In this document: positions 16,357 through 25,497 of the stretch, in pieces
How the letters are laid out: each line of letters opens with the position of its first letter
How positions within the stretch are numbered: the stretch's first letter is position 1
Virus record (IMG/VR): IMGVR_UViG_3300008108_000110
Coordinates: 1 to 55,266 of that record
DNA length: 55,266 nt
Source of the DNA: a virus
Lineage: Duplodnaviria; Caudoviricetes
Reading direction: 5' to 3' (one strand)
Program-made: the position numbers and the translations under genes
The notes under the pieces: generated by a model
Told to the model about the DNA's origin: nothing
Database searches by the model: none
What the model saw: only the letters and a program-made list of their open reading frames with translations

Positions 16357-16462
16357 TGGGAAGTATTAGAAGACTTCCCGCAGGGGTGATCAAATCCCTG
16401 ACCTATGAGAGTCCCATAGGATTTAGTTGGCGTCTACCTAGTTAATCACTAGGGACTACCAA
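16357..16462 (-). ncRNA. candidate four-hairpin structured RNA between tRNAs
   Basis: Four consecutive stem-loops with no supported ORF. Confidence 0.45.
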
Positions 16463-16463
16463 G

Positions 16464-16535
16464 AGCGAAAGACGAGATTCGAACTCGCAACAACCTGCTT
16501 GGAAGGCAGGGACTCTACCGTTGAGTTACTTTCGC
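16464..16535 (-). tRNA. tRNA-Gly(TCC)
   Basis: GCGAAAG/CTTTCGC, CCTGC-CTTCCAA-GCAGG, U73. Confidence 0.95.
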
Positions 16536-16544
16536 AATGAGACA

Positions 16545-16573
16545 ATCATAAACTATTTTAGTTTGATTGTCAA
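16545..16573 (-). promoter_or_regulatory. sigma70-type promoter upstream of tRNA-Gly, embedded in an inverted repeat
   Basis: TTGACA-17 nt-TATGAT; GACAATCA...TGATTGTC palindrome. Confidence 0.7.
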
Positions 16574-16574
16574 G

Positions 16575-16656
16575 TGCGAGAGAAGGGACTCGAACCCTTA
16601 CACTTTTCAGCATTGCTTTCTAAGAGCAACGTGGCTACCAATTACACCACTCTCGC
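16575..16656 (-). tRNA. tRNA-Leu(TAG)
   Basis: GCGAGAG/CTCTCGC, TTGCT-CTTAGAA-AGCAA, long variable arm. Confidence 0.95.
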
Positions 16657-16671
16657 TAATGATTGTTAAGC

Positions 16672-16786
16672 ACATCTACCAATATTTTAGATGGAGTAAG
16701 CGTAATATACCACATAAGGATATAACAGAGGCTTACCCTCTATCTTGCTACGGCATTCTGGTTTATCTTTCCAGCGCAAGTAGCAA
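16672..16786 (-). ncRNA. candidate multi-hairpin structured RNA between tRNA-Arg and tRNA-Leu
   Basis: TTGCTAC..CTGG/CCAG..GTAGCAA, GGTAAGC..GCTTACT and CATCTA..TAGATG stems. Confidence 0.4.
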
Positions 16787-16860
16787 CGACTCAGGAGGGA
16801 CTTGAACCCCCGACCAACTGCTTAGAAGGCAGATGCTCTATCCAACTGAGCTACTGAGTC
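16787..16860 (-). tRNA. tRNA-Arg(TCT)
   Basis: GACTCAG/CTGAGTC, CTTCTAA anticodon loop. Confidence 0.95.
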
Positions 16861-16876
16861 ATTTGTTTACCTGTTT

Positions 16877-16905
16877 ATTGTACTACTCCTTTTTACAGGT
16901 GTCAA
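16877..16905 (-). promoter_or_regulatory. sigma70-type promoter driving the tRNA cluster
   Basis: TTGACA-17 nt-TACAAT just upstream of tRNA-Arg. Confidence 0.8.
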
Positions 16906-17293
16906 GCCACTGGGCACAGAGTCTCATTTCTCCTCCAAGTTTTTTACACTCTTCAGAATAACATAAATCTTCATCTGGAGCTTTCTCGATCAACCGTGGC
17001 AAAGGTACTCTAGGTGGTTCTGTACCTCTTGTCAAGTCCTCATAGTCTCTGATGGCCCTGTCTACGTCCCTCTTTACTCTCCTATCCACCACACCAGGAT
17101 CCTGGAGCAGCACATCGTTGATTACGGTGCCTGGGAACAGAGTTTTCTGAACCTCGTCTAGAAGGTCCCAGAGACGCTCCTGGGACGCTCCAGTGCATTG
17201 GGAGAGGGTTGCTACGATACCACTGAGTATGGCGCTTATTATGATTATCTGCTTCTTATCTGGTTTCTTCTTACCGAAGTTAAAATTGAACAT
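16883..17293 (-). CDS. hypothetical membrane-anchored/secreted protein
   Basis: Basic N-terminus, hydrophobic segment, C-terminal CYSEECKKLGGEMRLC. Confidence 0.75.
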   Translation of the reverse strand: MFNFNFGKKKPDKKQIIIISAILSGIVATLSQCTGASQERLWDLLDEVQKTLFPGTVINDVLLQDPGVVDRRVKRDVDRAIRDYEDLTRGTEPPRVPLPRLIEKAPDEDLCYSEECKKLGGEMRLCAQWLDTCKKE

Positions 17294-17355
17294 AAAAAAA
17301 GAGGAGTAGCAACCGCTCTCCTCTATTTATTATTCAGTTGTTATATTCTATTTTA

Positions 17356-18012
17356 TCAAACTTCTACCGTGATCAGTTTGGAAGCATACTCATAAGCATA
17401 CGAAGTGCGGGCACCATGATGCCCCCAACCAATCCAACTATACGCATAGTTCATGTAACGATCGATAGACTTACCAGGAGTTTTCATCCTGTCTTCAATA
17501 CGTTGCCATTGAACTTCAGTCGTTAGATAACGAAGCTGCGTGTGAAGTTCTGATGGAGAACCACCATACTTCTTAGCAAATTCACCCAATCCATAATATC
17601 TGTTGGCAGATGTCCATTGGATCAGTCCATAACCGCGGCCGCAGTTATGCCAACTGGTCCTACTACCACCTTCGCAAATGTTAGGAATAAAAGTTGATTC
17701 CTGACGAATATTGCCCATGATGGTAGCAAGGGCGTTTCTGTCTTTAATACCACGATCCTGGAAAAATGCCAGGGCAGTATTTTCGTGTTCATTACACCCT
17801 TTACAAATTAGCCTTTTCTCTTTTGGCTTTGGTGGTGGTGCAACCTCGCGGATTGCTGTCGTCTCTGGTTCAAACTCTTTGATAATAGAATAAGGTTTTT
17901 CTTCCACTGGGGGAGGAGGACCTTGCAGTTTATAACTAGAGAAAGGCAGTGATGCCGTACTGGTTGTAACCGTTGCCAAGAGAGGCAGGGCTACTGTAAA
18001 GATAGATTGCAT
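17356..18012 (-). CDS. signal-peptide-bearing lysozyme-like cell wall hydrolase (phage tail lysozyme family)
   Basis: ALATIMGNIRQES, GYGLIQWT, R...L, QL.YL..E motifs; Pro-rich linker. Confidence 0.8.
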   Translation of the reverse strand: MQSIFTVALPLLATVTTSTASLPFSSYKLQGPPPPVEEKPYSIIKEFEPETTAIREVAPPPKPKEKRLICKGCNEHENTALAFFQDRGIKDRNALATIMGNIRQESTFIPNICEGGSRTSWHNCGRGYGLIQWTSANRYYGLGEFAKKYGGSPSELHTQLRYLTTEVQWQRIEDRMKTPGKSIDRYMNYAYSWIGWGHHGARTSYAYEYASKLITVEV

Positions 18013-18023
18013 TAAATTTAATT

Positions 18024-18088
18024 GAACTCTACATCCGTATAGGCAAAGGAGAGGTTCCCCTTCTCAGGGGCAGCGCCCACGGCTCTAA
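18024..18088 (-). promoter_or_regulatory. structured GC-rich 5' leader of the lysozyme-like gene
   Basis: CCGU-GGGCG/UGCCU-au-ACGG outer stem, CCCCU-GAGA-AGGGG hairpin. Confidence 0.5.
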
Positions 18089-18110
18089 ATGTCACTCAAG
18101 GACTAATAGC

Positions 18111-18138
18111 GAAAAACCCACCATTTAGGTGGGTTTTC
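18111..18138. terminator. terminator-like hairpin
   Basis: AAAACCCACC-attta-GGTGGGTTTT. Confidence 0.7.
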
Positions 18139-18140
18139 AC

Positions 18141-18169
18141 ATAATAATCTAATATTTAGATTTTGTCAA
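18141..18169 (-). promoter_or_regulatory. sigma70-type promoter
   Basis: TTGACA-17 nt-TATTAT. Confidence 0.7.
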
Positions 18170-18178
18170 TTGGTTAGA

Positions 18179-18400
18179 TTACCGAACATCAATTTCTTGA
18201 TCCCCAAATCCCTCTTCTCTTTCCAAACAGAGATAATCCAATTCATTTTCTCCTTCTGGAAGATTGATCCATTCATCAAATTCTTCTGCGATTGCAACAG
18301 CATCCAATTGCTGCTCAATATTTCCAGTATCTGCAAGATGATGAATTCTATCAATAGACCAATCTCGGATTTGAACTAAAGGTTCAATCGTGGTTTCCAT
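18179..18400 (-). CDS. acidic hypothetical protein
   Basis: ORF restarted at METTIEP to avoid a long overlap with the upstream nuclease. Confidence 0.65.
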   Translation of the reverse strand: METTIEPLVQIRDWSIDRIHHLADTGNIEQQLDAVAIAEEFDEWINLPEGENELDYLCLEREEGFGDQEIDVR

Positions 18401-18830
18401 AATAATCTTTTCGGAAGTACCTGTTGAGGATGTTTGAATTGTAGTACCTTGGAGTTCCGTCGTCAAGGGATTCTGTGAGGACATTGTTGAAGAAGAGTTG
18501 CCTCGTTTCTTCAAAATTTGTTTTTCCCTTTGTTTTGTGTAATGAGAGAATAGTGCGCTTAAAATTTTCCTTACCATACTTTTTCACATCCTCCTTGAGT
18601 TCTGGGCACGATCCATAATAGCACTTCCAGTCAGATTCTGCCTTAACCTTTCTAGATTTTCCTCTCGGAGTGCGGAAGCTCCAGAAATATTTTCTACCAA
18701 TATAGTCACGACCAGTTGAATTGCAATGAATATGGTATACAAAACCATAATAATCCAAAATGTCACTTGAACCAAATTCCTTTCCACTATAGGTCCAAGG
18801 ATTTTCATAGTCAATATCTGTATTCATCAA
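18384..18830 (-). CDS. GIY-YIG family endonuclease
   Basis: GFVYHI.....GRDYIGRK, Y.GS, F.R.IL, E....F, YN.NI. Confidence 0.8.
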   Translation of the reverse strand: MMNTDIDYENPWTYSGKEFGSSDILDYYGFVYHIHCNSTGRDYIGRKYFWSFRTPRGKSRKVKAESDWKCYYGSCPELKEDVKKYGKENFKRTILSLHKTKGKTNFEETRQLFFNNVLTESLDDGTPRYYNSNILNRYFRKDYYGNHD

Positions 18831-18972
18831 TTATATCAAGAACTTCGTTCAGATATTTATGGGCTAGACCTTTCATATCCATTTCTGGTCTAATATGGTC
18901 TTTATAAAGATTATCCTTTAACTTTAAAACTCGAACTTTAATTTCATCTTTAGTCAGTTGATTTTTAGGCAT
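18811..18972 (-). CDS. 53-aa hypothetical protein
   Basis: MPKNQLTKDEIKVRVLKLK...AHKYLNEVLDIIDEYRY, fills the gap below a terminator. Confidence 0.7.
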   Translation of the reverse strand: MPKNQLTKDEIKVRVLKLKDNLYKDHIRPEMDMKGLAHKYLNEVLDIIDEYRY

Positions 18973-19059
18973 AAAAAAAGGAGGCATAACCTCCTCTATC
19001 TATATAAATTTTGATTATTTAAATATAACCATTATTTACAATAGTTATAATCACAAAAT

Positions 19060-19716
19060 TTATCCTTTATATTTTGATTTTGCTTTTGCTTTTTCTGCTT
19101 CGCCTTCTGGATCTTTTTTATATGCGTCCAGAACACCTCTAATTCTTTCATTACGGGAACTACCAGCAGCTTCTCCTGTCTTCATATTCACATAATATCT
19201 TCTATTTTGCATTTTTTGAGTTGGAAGAGGTTTGTGTGCTTCAAGAATTTCTTCAACATCTTCAGATGTTAATTGATTTGCCATAATCCACTCTGCTTCT
19301 TCAAGTGTTTCTGCATAACCTTCTACACAGAGATACTCAAGAACTAAATCGTAAATATCAATTTCTTCAGGAAGTCCCTTTGGACCACCCACTTTATTAT
19401 ATTGTGCTCTATTTTTAGCACCACTCTTATTGTATTGATGATAGGTTCTTTCATCTGAACTAAGTTTTGGTGTATTTACTGGTTTTGCTCCAGGTGCAGT
19501 AGGTGCATCTGGTTTTGTACCTCTTGCACGACCTAAAGTGTAATATCTTGGTCCAGTAGATGAGTCTCCAGAGATTCTTTTACCAGCGTCAGAGCGTCCA
19601 TCTTGATACTCAGTATCTGACTGCCCGTGCTTACCTTTATACAATTCTTCGATTTCTTGCTCGGTATAAATTTTAGAATATGCTTCTAAAATGTCCTTAA
19701 AATTATTAGAATTCAT
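19060..19716 (-). CDS. late protein, probable internal head protein
   Basis: TATAAATA upstream; basic segments alternate with the acidic DLVLEYL..EGYAETLEEAE.IM block; start at MNSNNF. Confidence 0.7.
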   Translation of the reverse strand: MNSNNFKDILEAYSKIYTEQEIEELYKGKHGQSDTEYQDGRSDAGKRISGDSSTGPRYYTLGRARGTKPDAPTAPGAKPVNTPKLSSDERTYHQYNKSGAKNRAQYNKVGGPKGLPEEIDIYDLVLEYLCVEGYAETLEEAEWIMANQLTSEDVEEILEAHKPLPTQKMQNRRYYVNMKTGEAAGSSRNERIRGVLDAYKKDPEGEAEKAKAKSKYKG

Positions 19717-19738
19717 TTTTTGTTTTGATTCTTTTATG

Positions 19739-19746
19739 TATTTATA
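19739..19746 (-). promoter_or_regulatory. T4-type late promoter, directly after the nrdB terminator hairpin
   Basis: TATAAATA. Confidence 0.8.
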
Positions 19747-19777
19747 AAAAAACCCCTCCTTGCAGAGGGGCAATATA

Positions 19778-20956
19778 TTAAAGTTTGAATCCACTAAACG
19801 TATCTTTTTTAACGTCTTGTTTAATTCCACCAACTACATACGATTCGACTTCCGTTTCCTGGGGGGCGACCTGGAGACCTTTAGAGGAAATCCAGTGCTG
19901 AGTCCAAGGTAGTGGATTATTGTTTGCTGATATATCGTATTGGGGTTTTAATCCAATTGCTTTGAGTCTTCTGTTTGCGATCCACTCTACGTATTGTTGA
20001 AGAAGTTTATCATTAAGACCAATCATGCTTCCATCCTTGAACAGATAATCTGCCCAACGCTTTTCTTCATTGACAGCACGATCGAACATTTTATAAGTCC
20101 ATTCTTCCTCTTCTTTCATAATCTGTTTCATTTCTGGATCATCACCATCACGCCACTTATTCAGAATATTCTGAGTAATTGCTAGGTGTTGATTTTCGTC
20201 TCTCGCAATAAGACTAATAATTTTGGCAGATCCTTCCATAAGCTTAAGTTCGCCAAAGGCGAAACTACAAGCAAAACTAACGTAAAAGCGAATACCTTCA
20301 AGAATATTAACGTTTGCGATTGCTCTATAGAGTTTTCTCTTAACGTCATTGAGTGATTCCTTTGCGTATGGAACTCCTTCAATTTGATGCACCCATTGAT
20401 CGGTAGAACCATAATATTGTGCAGATTGAATGAAGTCATCATATGACTCTGTAACGCTCTTAGCGCGTTCTAGAATGCGTTCATCTTTAATGATAGTATC
20501 AAACACCTCACTTGGGTCTGAATAGACATTTTTAATGATATACGTGTATGAACGACTATGGATCATTTCCATAAATCCCCATACTTCCATACACGCTTCC
20601 AATTCTGGAATAGAGCAATATGGAATAAATGCCATCCCAGGACCACGACCTTGAATAGAATCAAGCATAATCTGATACTTTAAATTAGAAGTATAGATAT
20701 GCTTTTGTTCTGGGCGGAGAGTTTGATAGTCTCCACGATCTTTCTGAAGAGATACCTCCTCAGGTCTCCAGAAGTATCCAAGTTGTTGAGTAGTTAGTTT
20801 ATCAAAAACTGGATATTTGTAGGAATCATACCTTTGGATTCCCAAAGGTTTCCCAAAAAACATTGGTTGTTTTTTGGAATCTACCTTATCCGTATTGAAT
20901 ACGGTCATTCCTTTAACATTCGTTGGTGCGTCTGTAGATGAAATTTTAAATTCCAT
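19778..20956 (-). CDS. nrdB: ribonucleotide reductase class Ia beta subunit
   Basis: FWRPEEV, EMIHSRSY, LEGIRFYVSFA, RDENQH, VAPQETE..SY. Confidence 0.97.
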   Translation of the reverse strand: MEFKISSTDAPTNVKGMTVFNTDKVDSKKQPMFFGKPLGIQRYDSYKYPVFDKLTTQQLGYFWRPEEVSLQKDRGDYQTLRPEQKHIYTSNLKYQIMLDSIQGRGPGMAFIPYCSIPELEACMEVWGFMEMIHSRSYTYIIKNVYSDPSEVFDTIIKDERILERAKSVTESYDDFIQSAQYYGSTDQWVHQIEGVPYAKESLNDVKRKLYRAIANVNILEGIRFYVSFACSFAFGELKLMEGSAKIISLIARDENQHLAITQNILNKWRDGDDPEMKQIMKEEEEWTYKMFDRAVNEEKRWADYLFKDGSMIGLNDKLLQQYVEWIANRRLKAIGLKPQYDISANNNPLPWTQHWISSKGLQVAPQETEVESYVVGGIKQDVKKDTFSGFKL

Positions 20957-20989
20957 AACTCCTTCTCTCACGTAAATTATTTAATAGAC

Positions 20990-23290
20990 TTAGATTTTAC
21001 AACTTTCACAATCATCTTCAACTGATTCCATAATATCATCCAAAAGACTTTGTAATTCGGATTTAGTTTCTTCAACTACTTCATCAGTTTTAATATCATA
21101 CGTATTTTGATAATAACTCGTTTTCCAACCATATTTGTAGGTCATCAAGAAATCTTGTGCCATTACCGAAGTAGGAACTTCATTATCGGAATAATTTTCT
21201 GGATTATACGACCAGTTTCCAGAAATTGCTTGATCAAAGAACTTCTGCATAACAGCAACAATATTGATATAACCACGATTACTAGGCATATCCCAAAGAA
21301 GCGTATAATTATTCTTAAGAGTTTGATACTGGGGTACAATCTGCTTAAGAGGTCCTTTCTTCGATTTCTTAACGGACAAATATCCTCTAGGTGGTTCAAT
21401 TCCGTTGGTTGCATTTGACACAACGGAACTGCTCTCCGAAGGCATCTGTGCGGACAATGTTGAGTGCCTGAGACCGTACTCCAAGATAGATGCTCTAAGT
21501 TCTTCCCAATCATGTTGATAAGAAATGGATACAATTTCGTCTACGTCTTTTTTGTAAGTATCAATTGGAAGAATTCCATCAGCATATTTTGTACGACCAA
21601 AATATTCACAATACCCCTTTTCTTTTGCAAGTTGATTTGATGCTTTCAGAAGATAATATTGGAATGACTCAGAAAGTCCATGGACCGCATCCCATGCTTC
21701 TTGAGAATCATAACTAAATCCAAGTTTTGCCAAATAGTGCGCAAGACCGATAAATCCTATACCAAGAGAACGACGCGCCTTAGTGGCGATTTCTGCTGCC
21801 GCTACGGGGTATTTTTGATAATCAATCAATTCTTCAAGACCACGAACAGAAAGGTCGCAAAGTTCTTCAAGTTCTTCGTCCGACTTAACCTTTCCGACAT
21901 TAATTGCAGAAAGAATGCAAAGTGCAATTTCACCCATCGAATCATCAATGTGTTGAATTGGATCAGTAGGAAGAGTAATCTCTTGGCAAAGATTACTCAT
22001 ATTCACCTTATCCTTAAATGAAGAATGAGAATTGCAATGGTCGATATTCATAATATAGATTCGACCCGTTTCCGCACGTTCTTTAAGAAGATTAAGGATG
22101 AGTTCTTGTGCTTTAATAGTTTTTTTCTTAATGGTCGGATCTTTTTCATATGAACAGTAGAGTTCATCAAAGCCAGGGAGTCCAAAGCTATCATAAAGTC
22201 CAGGTACATCATGAGGGGAGAAAAGCGTAATCTCACCGTCCTGAATGAATCTCTCATAGAAGAGTTTGCTGATCTGAATACTGTAATCAAGTTTGCGAAC
22301 ACGATTATCCTCCGTACCCTTATTGTTTTTAAGAACAAGAATATCTTCTATTTCTTGGTGCCAGATTGGGAAGTGGACTGTCGCGGATCCACCTCGTATG
22401 CCATTTTGCGTGCAACATCTGACAGTCGCTTCAAACTTCTTGAGAAATGGTACAACACCTGTATGTTGAACTTCTCCCCCTCTGATTTTGCTGTTGATGC
22501 CACGGATGCGACCAGCGTTGATGCCGATGCCCGCCCTCTGTGCAACGTATCTGCCAATAGCCATATCACTACTAAAGATACTATCGAGGGTGTCATCAAC
22601 GTCAACAAGGACACAGCTAGCAAATTGTCTAAGCGGAGTTCGCACTCCCGCCATGATTGGTGTTGGGATGTTGATTTTGTGCTTTGAGATTGCGTCATAA
22701 TACCTCTTTACATATGAAAGACGGGTTTCCTTTGGATACTCTGCAAAAATAGTCAGGGCAATCATCATGTACATAAATTGCGGAGTTTCATATACTCCAC
22801 CACCACTTCTATCTTGCACGAGGTACTTATCAACGACTTGACGTAAACCTGCATAAGTGAACAAATAGTCACGATCATGATCAATGTATGAGTTACACTT
22901 ATCAATCTCCTCTTTTGAATACTTGTTAAAAATATCACTATCATAAACCTCGGAATTGACGCACGTATAAATATGCTGCTCAAGATGAGGAAGTTCTTTC
23001 ATCTTCCCATAAAGTTGCTTACGAACAGCAAACAGAAGTAACCTTGCGGCAACATATTGGTAGTTTGGGTGGTCTAGATCAATCAAATCTGAAGCAGAAC
23101 GAATTAAAATTTCTTGAATTTCTGCTGTAGTAATTCCATCGTAAAATTGAATACCAGATGTCATCTCAACTTGACTCGCAGAGACACCTGCAAGACCCTT
23201 ACACGCTTCCCCAACCATCAAATGCATCTTGTCTAGGTCGAGAGATTCAATTCTACCATCACGCTTTTTAACTTTTGTGCCGTTACTCAT
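20990..23290 (-). CDS. nrdA: ribonucleotide reductase class Ia alpha subunit
   Basis: ATP cone (VKKRDG), PTPIMAG, QFASC, SNLCQEI, MPSESSS, KTSYY, C-terminal CESC. Confidence 0.98.
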   Translation of the reverse strand: MSNGTKVKKRDGRIESLDLDKMHLMVGEACKGLAGVSASQVEMTSGIQFYDGITTAEIQEILIRSASDLIDLDHPNYQYVAARLLLFAVRKQLYGKMKELPHLEQHIYTCVNSEVYDSDIFNKYSKEEIDKCNSYIDHDRDYLFTYAGLRQVVDKYLVQDRSGGGVYETPQFMYMMIALTIFAEYPKETRLSYVKRYYDAISKHKINIPTPIMAGVRTPLRQFASCVLVDVDDTLDSIFSSDMAIGRYVAQRAGIGINAGRIRGINSKIRGGEVQHTGVVPFLKKFEATVRCCTQNGIRGGSATVHFPIWHQEIEDILVLKNNKGTEDNRVRKLDYSIQISKLFYERFIQDGEITLFSPHDVPGLYDSFGLPGFDELYCSYEKDPTIKKKTIKAQELILNLLKERAETGRIYIMNIDHCNSHSSFKDKVNMSNLCQEITLPTDPIQHIDDSMGEIALCILSAINVGKVKSDEELEELCDLSVRGLEELIDYQKYPVAAAEIATKARRSLGIGFIGLAHYLAKLGFSYDSQEAWDAVHGLSESFQYYLLKASNQLAKEKGYCEYFGRTKYADGILPIDTYKKDVDEIVSISYQHDWEELRASILEYGLRHSTLSAQMPSESSSVVSNATNGIEPPRGYLSVKKSKKGPLKQIVPQYQTLKNNYTLLWDMPSNRGYINIVAVMQKFFDQAISGNWSYNPENYSDNEVPTSVMAQDFLMTYKYGWKTSYYQNTYDIKTDEVVEETKSELQSLLDDIMESVEDDCESCKI

Positions 23291-24264
23291 ATTTTCTTCC
23301 AAGTAGTAAATTTAAGTTTTGCTTCTAATCCAGAGTAAGTATTTGATTCTATCACAGACTGAACATCTAGTCCAGACAAAACCATATCATTAATATCCTT
23401 TTCTTTTATTGTTGAAGGCCAGATGACAACTTTTTGTCCATTTCCGATAACACGGGAAATTCTTGATACGATTTCTGAATTGCGTGGTTCGTTATCGTAT
23501 ATCCAAACAGGATCGCTAATATCCCACTTACTAAGATCACCGTCAGCTCCGCAAAGAGCAATCGCGTTTGAAATGAAAGTGGAATCGAATGGACCTTCGG
23601 TGACGTAGATAGTTTTATCTTTTTGTATTTCATCGAGACCATATATTTTTGGTGCATCATCGTTGAGCATTATTGTAATGTATTTTACTTTACTTGGACC
23701 AAGTGATCTCCCCTGAAATCCAACCAAATCGTTTTTATATAATATTGGAATAATAATTCTTGGTTCATCATTTTGGACATTATCAAAAGTTGGTTTAAGT
23801 GAATTGCACCAACTTTTAAAATTTTCACTGTAATAAAATTTATAAGGGTTTAATTTTCTATTTTCTAGATATTCTTTTGCTTTTAAATTTTCAGATGCTT
23901 TAGGTAAATTTATTTTTATATTACTTTTTTTAAAAATTGGTTTTTCAAAATTAAATTTTGGATCTGGAATAGCGGAGCATATTCCAGTATGACCTTCTTT
24001 AAACTTTTCGAAAATATATTGCTTATGTGTAGCAGGATCAATATCTTTCAGAAAATTATTGAATGATACATTTATCCCACAATTATGGCATTTATAATTT
24101 GTATTATTTTTTACTTGATATAAATATCCCCTTGCCTTTGTTTTATTCTTTTGTGAATCACCGCATATTGGACAACGAAAATTATAAAGATTATTTTTTA
24201 CTCTTTTAAACTTTTCAAGTCTTGAAGAAATCATTCCAATATACTTGACATCAATAAAATCCAT
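23287..24264 (-). CDS. 61: DNA primase (T4 gp61)
   Basis: CPICGDS...CHNC zinc finger, EGPFDS TOPRIM, DNEPRN, KDINDM. Confidence 0.96.
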   Translation of the reverse strand: MDFIDVKYIGMISSRLEKFKRVKNNLYNFRCPICGDSQKNKTKARGYLYQVKNNTNYKCHNCGINVSFNNFLKDIDPATHKQYIFEKFKEGHTGICSAIPDPKFNFEKPIFKKSNIKINLPKASENLKAKEYLENRKLNPYKFYYSENFKSWCNSLKPTFDNVQNDEPRIIIPILYKNDLVGFQGRSLGPSKVKYITIMLNDDAPKIYGLDEIQKDKTIYVTEGPFDSTFISNAIALCGADGDLSKWDISDPVWIYDNEPRNSEIVSRISRVIGNGQKVVIWPSTIKEKDINDMVLSGLDVQSVIESNTYSGLEAKLKFTTWKKI

Positions 24265-24286
24265 AATAAAAACTCGATCCCACCGA

Positions 24287-24315
24287 ATTATAGGTCGGAT
24301 TTGCGGTAGAGTCAA
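24287..24315 (-). promoter_or_regulatory. sigma70-type promoter for primase-nrdAB
   Basis: TTGACT-17 nt-TATAAT. Confidence 0.85.
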
Positions 24316-24431
24316 GAAGTAAATTCTTTACAGCATGAAGAAATTATTGCCGTCCATTTAACTACAGAATTAGTAAGTTTTTGCAAAGAGTATAAAGTTA
24401 CTCTTTTTCCATTTTTGTATTCTTTCTTCAT
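24312..24431 (-). CDS. 39-aa hypothetical protein
   Basis: MKKEYKNGKRVTLYSLQKLTNSVVKWTAIISSCCKEFTS fills the intergenic gap. Confidence 0.45.
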   Translation of the reverse strand: MKKEYKNGKRVTLYSLQKLTNSVVKWTAIISSCCKEFTS

Positions 24432-24456
24432 GGCAACTATGTGCCAATACTAAAAA

Positions 24457-24903
24457 TTATTTAGTATCAGAAACATCTGTTTGTTGATGTATATGTCCAT
24501 TTTTTCGAATTTGAATTTCACTTGGAGTGAAAAATCCAGAAGCTAAACTTGATATTATTGTAATGCAAATAGCAATCGCAGATGCAATTCCAACTGACAT
24601 CCATTTAGTTTTATATAAATCTTTTATATTCTCTTCTATTTGTTCAATTCTTTTTAAAAATAAATTGGATTCTTCTTTATTTTCATTCTTTAAATCATCT
24701 ATCATTCTAACAATAAGTTCATCGTTTCTTATACTTTGCTCTATTCTTTCATCGTGTTTTGCAAGAATAGTTGCAATACGCGAATTTCCTTCTGAAATTT
24801 TATCTACTGCCGCTTCTAACTTTTGAAGCATTTCGCGGGATAAATCTTCATAAATGTTGAGTTTAGATTCAAGAACCGCTAGTTTTGATTCTTGGGAAAA
24901 CAT
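24457..24903 (-). CDS. coiled-coil protein with C-terminal TM helix
   Basis: KLAVLESK...HDERIE coiled coil, KWM..G hydrophobic segment; start at MFSQES. Confidence 0.75.
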   Translation of the reverse strand: MFSQESKLAVLESKLNIYEDLSREMLQKLEAAVDKISEGNSRIATILAKHDERIEQSIRNDELIVRMIDDLKNENKEESNLFLKRIEQIEENIKDLYKTKWMSVGIASAIAICITIISSLASGFFTPSEIQIRKNGHIHQQTDVSDTK

Positions 24904-24905
24904 TT

Positions 24906-25118
24906 TTATATCTTTGGTTGAGATCTTTTCCAAACACTACGGTATCCCTTTTGAGTCGGGAAAATGTATCTATTTTTCTTTCTTACAGGTGGATTACCAG
25001 GATCAGCAGCAGGAGTTCCAGCAATTTTACCAGCACTAACATTATTAGTGGGCATTGCAATCATTCCTTCCTCTTTCAATTGATGAATAATCTGAATTAT
25101 TTTATCTAACTTATCCAT
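24906..25118 (-). CDS. small hypothetical protein
   Basis: LKEE..PTNNV..G.IAG; start at MDKLDK. Confidence 0.7.
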   Translation of the reverse strand: MDKLDKIIQIIHQLKEEGMIAMPTNNVSAGKIAGTPAADPGNPPVRKKNRYIFPTQKGYRSVWKRSQPKI

Positions 25119-25491
25119 TTGCAATTGTCTGTAGTTCTTGCATACAATAGTCATCTATTGGAACATCATGAATATAACATCTGGGGTAATCTGGAAGACG
25201 ATTTAAAAAGATTATAAACGTTTTCATAGGAGACCAAAGATCTTTTTCAATTTTATAAAACAACATTGGAGTTGTCGCATCACCAAAAATATTATAAAGA
25301 ATAATAAAATGATTAATCAGAAGATGAGTCTTCAATTGCCCAGAATTTTTATATCGTTTCAATAATCTTTTTATATACTTGAAGTGATTCAAGTCTTTAT
25401 GGAAATCGTCTTCCGTAACCGCTTGAGGATTTTCATAATGTTTAATAGCAAAGAGGAGAAAAGTTTCCTCATTCAATTCATTAAAAAACAT
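25111..25491 (-). CDS. conserved T4-like phage hypothetical protein
   Basis: LFAIKHYENP...F..DL..FKYIKRL...LINH.IILYN.FG. Confidence 0.8.
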   Translation of the reverse strand: MFFNELNEETFLLFAIKHYENPQAVTEDDFHKDLNHFKYIKRLLKRYKNSGQLKTHLLINHFIILYNIFGDATTPMLFYKIEKDLWSPMKTFIIFLNRLPDYPRCYIHDVPIDDYCMQELQTIANG

Positions 25492-25497
25492 AGATTA

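Noticed and set aside
16226-16790. CRISPR-like array among the hairpins
   Set aside because: The hairpins do not share a repeated sequence or regular spacing
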